NCBI RefSeq assembly: GCF_001194135.2
Contig: NC_068982.1
Span: forward strand, 127,821,389 to 127,869,961
Reading direction: 5' to 3'
Length of the DNA: 48,573 nt
Source of the DNA: Octopus bimaculoides
Taxonomy: Eukaryota
Part shown: one piece after another, positions 48,130-48,573 of the stretch
How the letters are laid out: each line of letters starts with the position of its first letter
Position numbering within the stretch: position 1 is the stretch's first letter
The notes under the pieces: model-generated
Told to the model about the DNA's origin: nothing
The model's input: the letters and a program-made list of their open reading frames with translations, nothing else
Database searches by the model: none
Position numbers and translations under genes: made by a program

Positions 48130-48546
48130 TTCGCACAAATACACACACACATATTCTTTTAGACGTTTTAGTCATTTGACTGTGGCCATGTTGGAGCACC
48201 ACCTTGAAGGGTTTTAGCTGAACAAATCGACCCTCAGGACTTATTCTTTGTAAGCCTAGTACTTATTCTATCGATCACTTTTGCTGAACCGTTAAGTTAC
48301 AGAGACATAAACATATCAGCATCAGTTGTCAAGCGATGGTGGTGGGACAAACACAGACACACATAAATATATATACATATACACATATACAAAGCGCTTC
48401 TTTCAGTTTCTGTCTACCAAATCTACTCACAAGGTTTTAGTCGACTCGAGGCTGTAGTAGAAGACACTTGCCCAAGGTGCCACGCAGTGGGACTGAATCT
48501 GGAACCATGTGGTTGAGAAGCAAGCTTCTTACCACACAGCCACGCC
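48130..48546 (-). mobile_element. Full-length tRNA-derived SINE family B with an internal (CA/TA) tract
   Basis: The minus strand starts taggcgtggctgtgtggtaagaagc (A box) ... gattcagtccc (B-box-like) ... gcaccttgggcaagtgtctt (core). The 3' half matches 18871-19055 and 25-215. Confidence 0.9.
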
Positions 48547-48573
48547 TATATATATATATATATATACATATAT

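Overview
This is AT-rich eukaryotic DNA from a draft assembly with 8 N-gaps, dense (CA/TG/TA/TAGA)n microsatellites and tRNA-derived SINEs. The repeat families look like those I recall from octopod cephalopods, but the species is an inference I cannot verify here. I find no intact protein-coding gene: almost every listed ORF is a microsatellite or N-gap artefact, or a decayed transposon fragment. Recognisable elements are two RTE-type LINE relics, a Penelope-like GIY-YIG relic, a Tigger/pogo transposase relic, and an RLE-type (R4/Dong-like) retrotransposon end. There is also a CsRN1-like Ty3/Gypsy element whose 5' LTR carries nested insertions, several hAT (Tip100/ZMYM1-like) pieces and MITEs, and two Helitron relics, one with both termini. 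The points most worth a second look are a hammerhead-ribozyme core at 6698-6724, two inverted-repeat elements with (TTAGGG)n cores (one with a 9-bp target-site duplication), a nested retroelement/hAT stack resolvable by TSDs (27586-32092), a locally duplicated and inverted hAT (35757-42575), and two promoter-like non-repeat islands. I do not see convincing evidence of a new multi-gene system. Boundaries of decayed elements are by eye and approximate (about +/-20-50 bp) unless a TIR or TSD is quoted.
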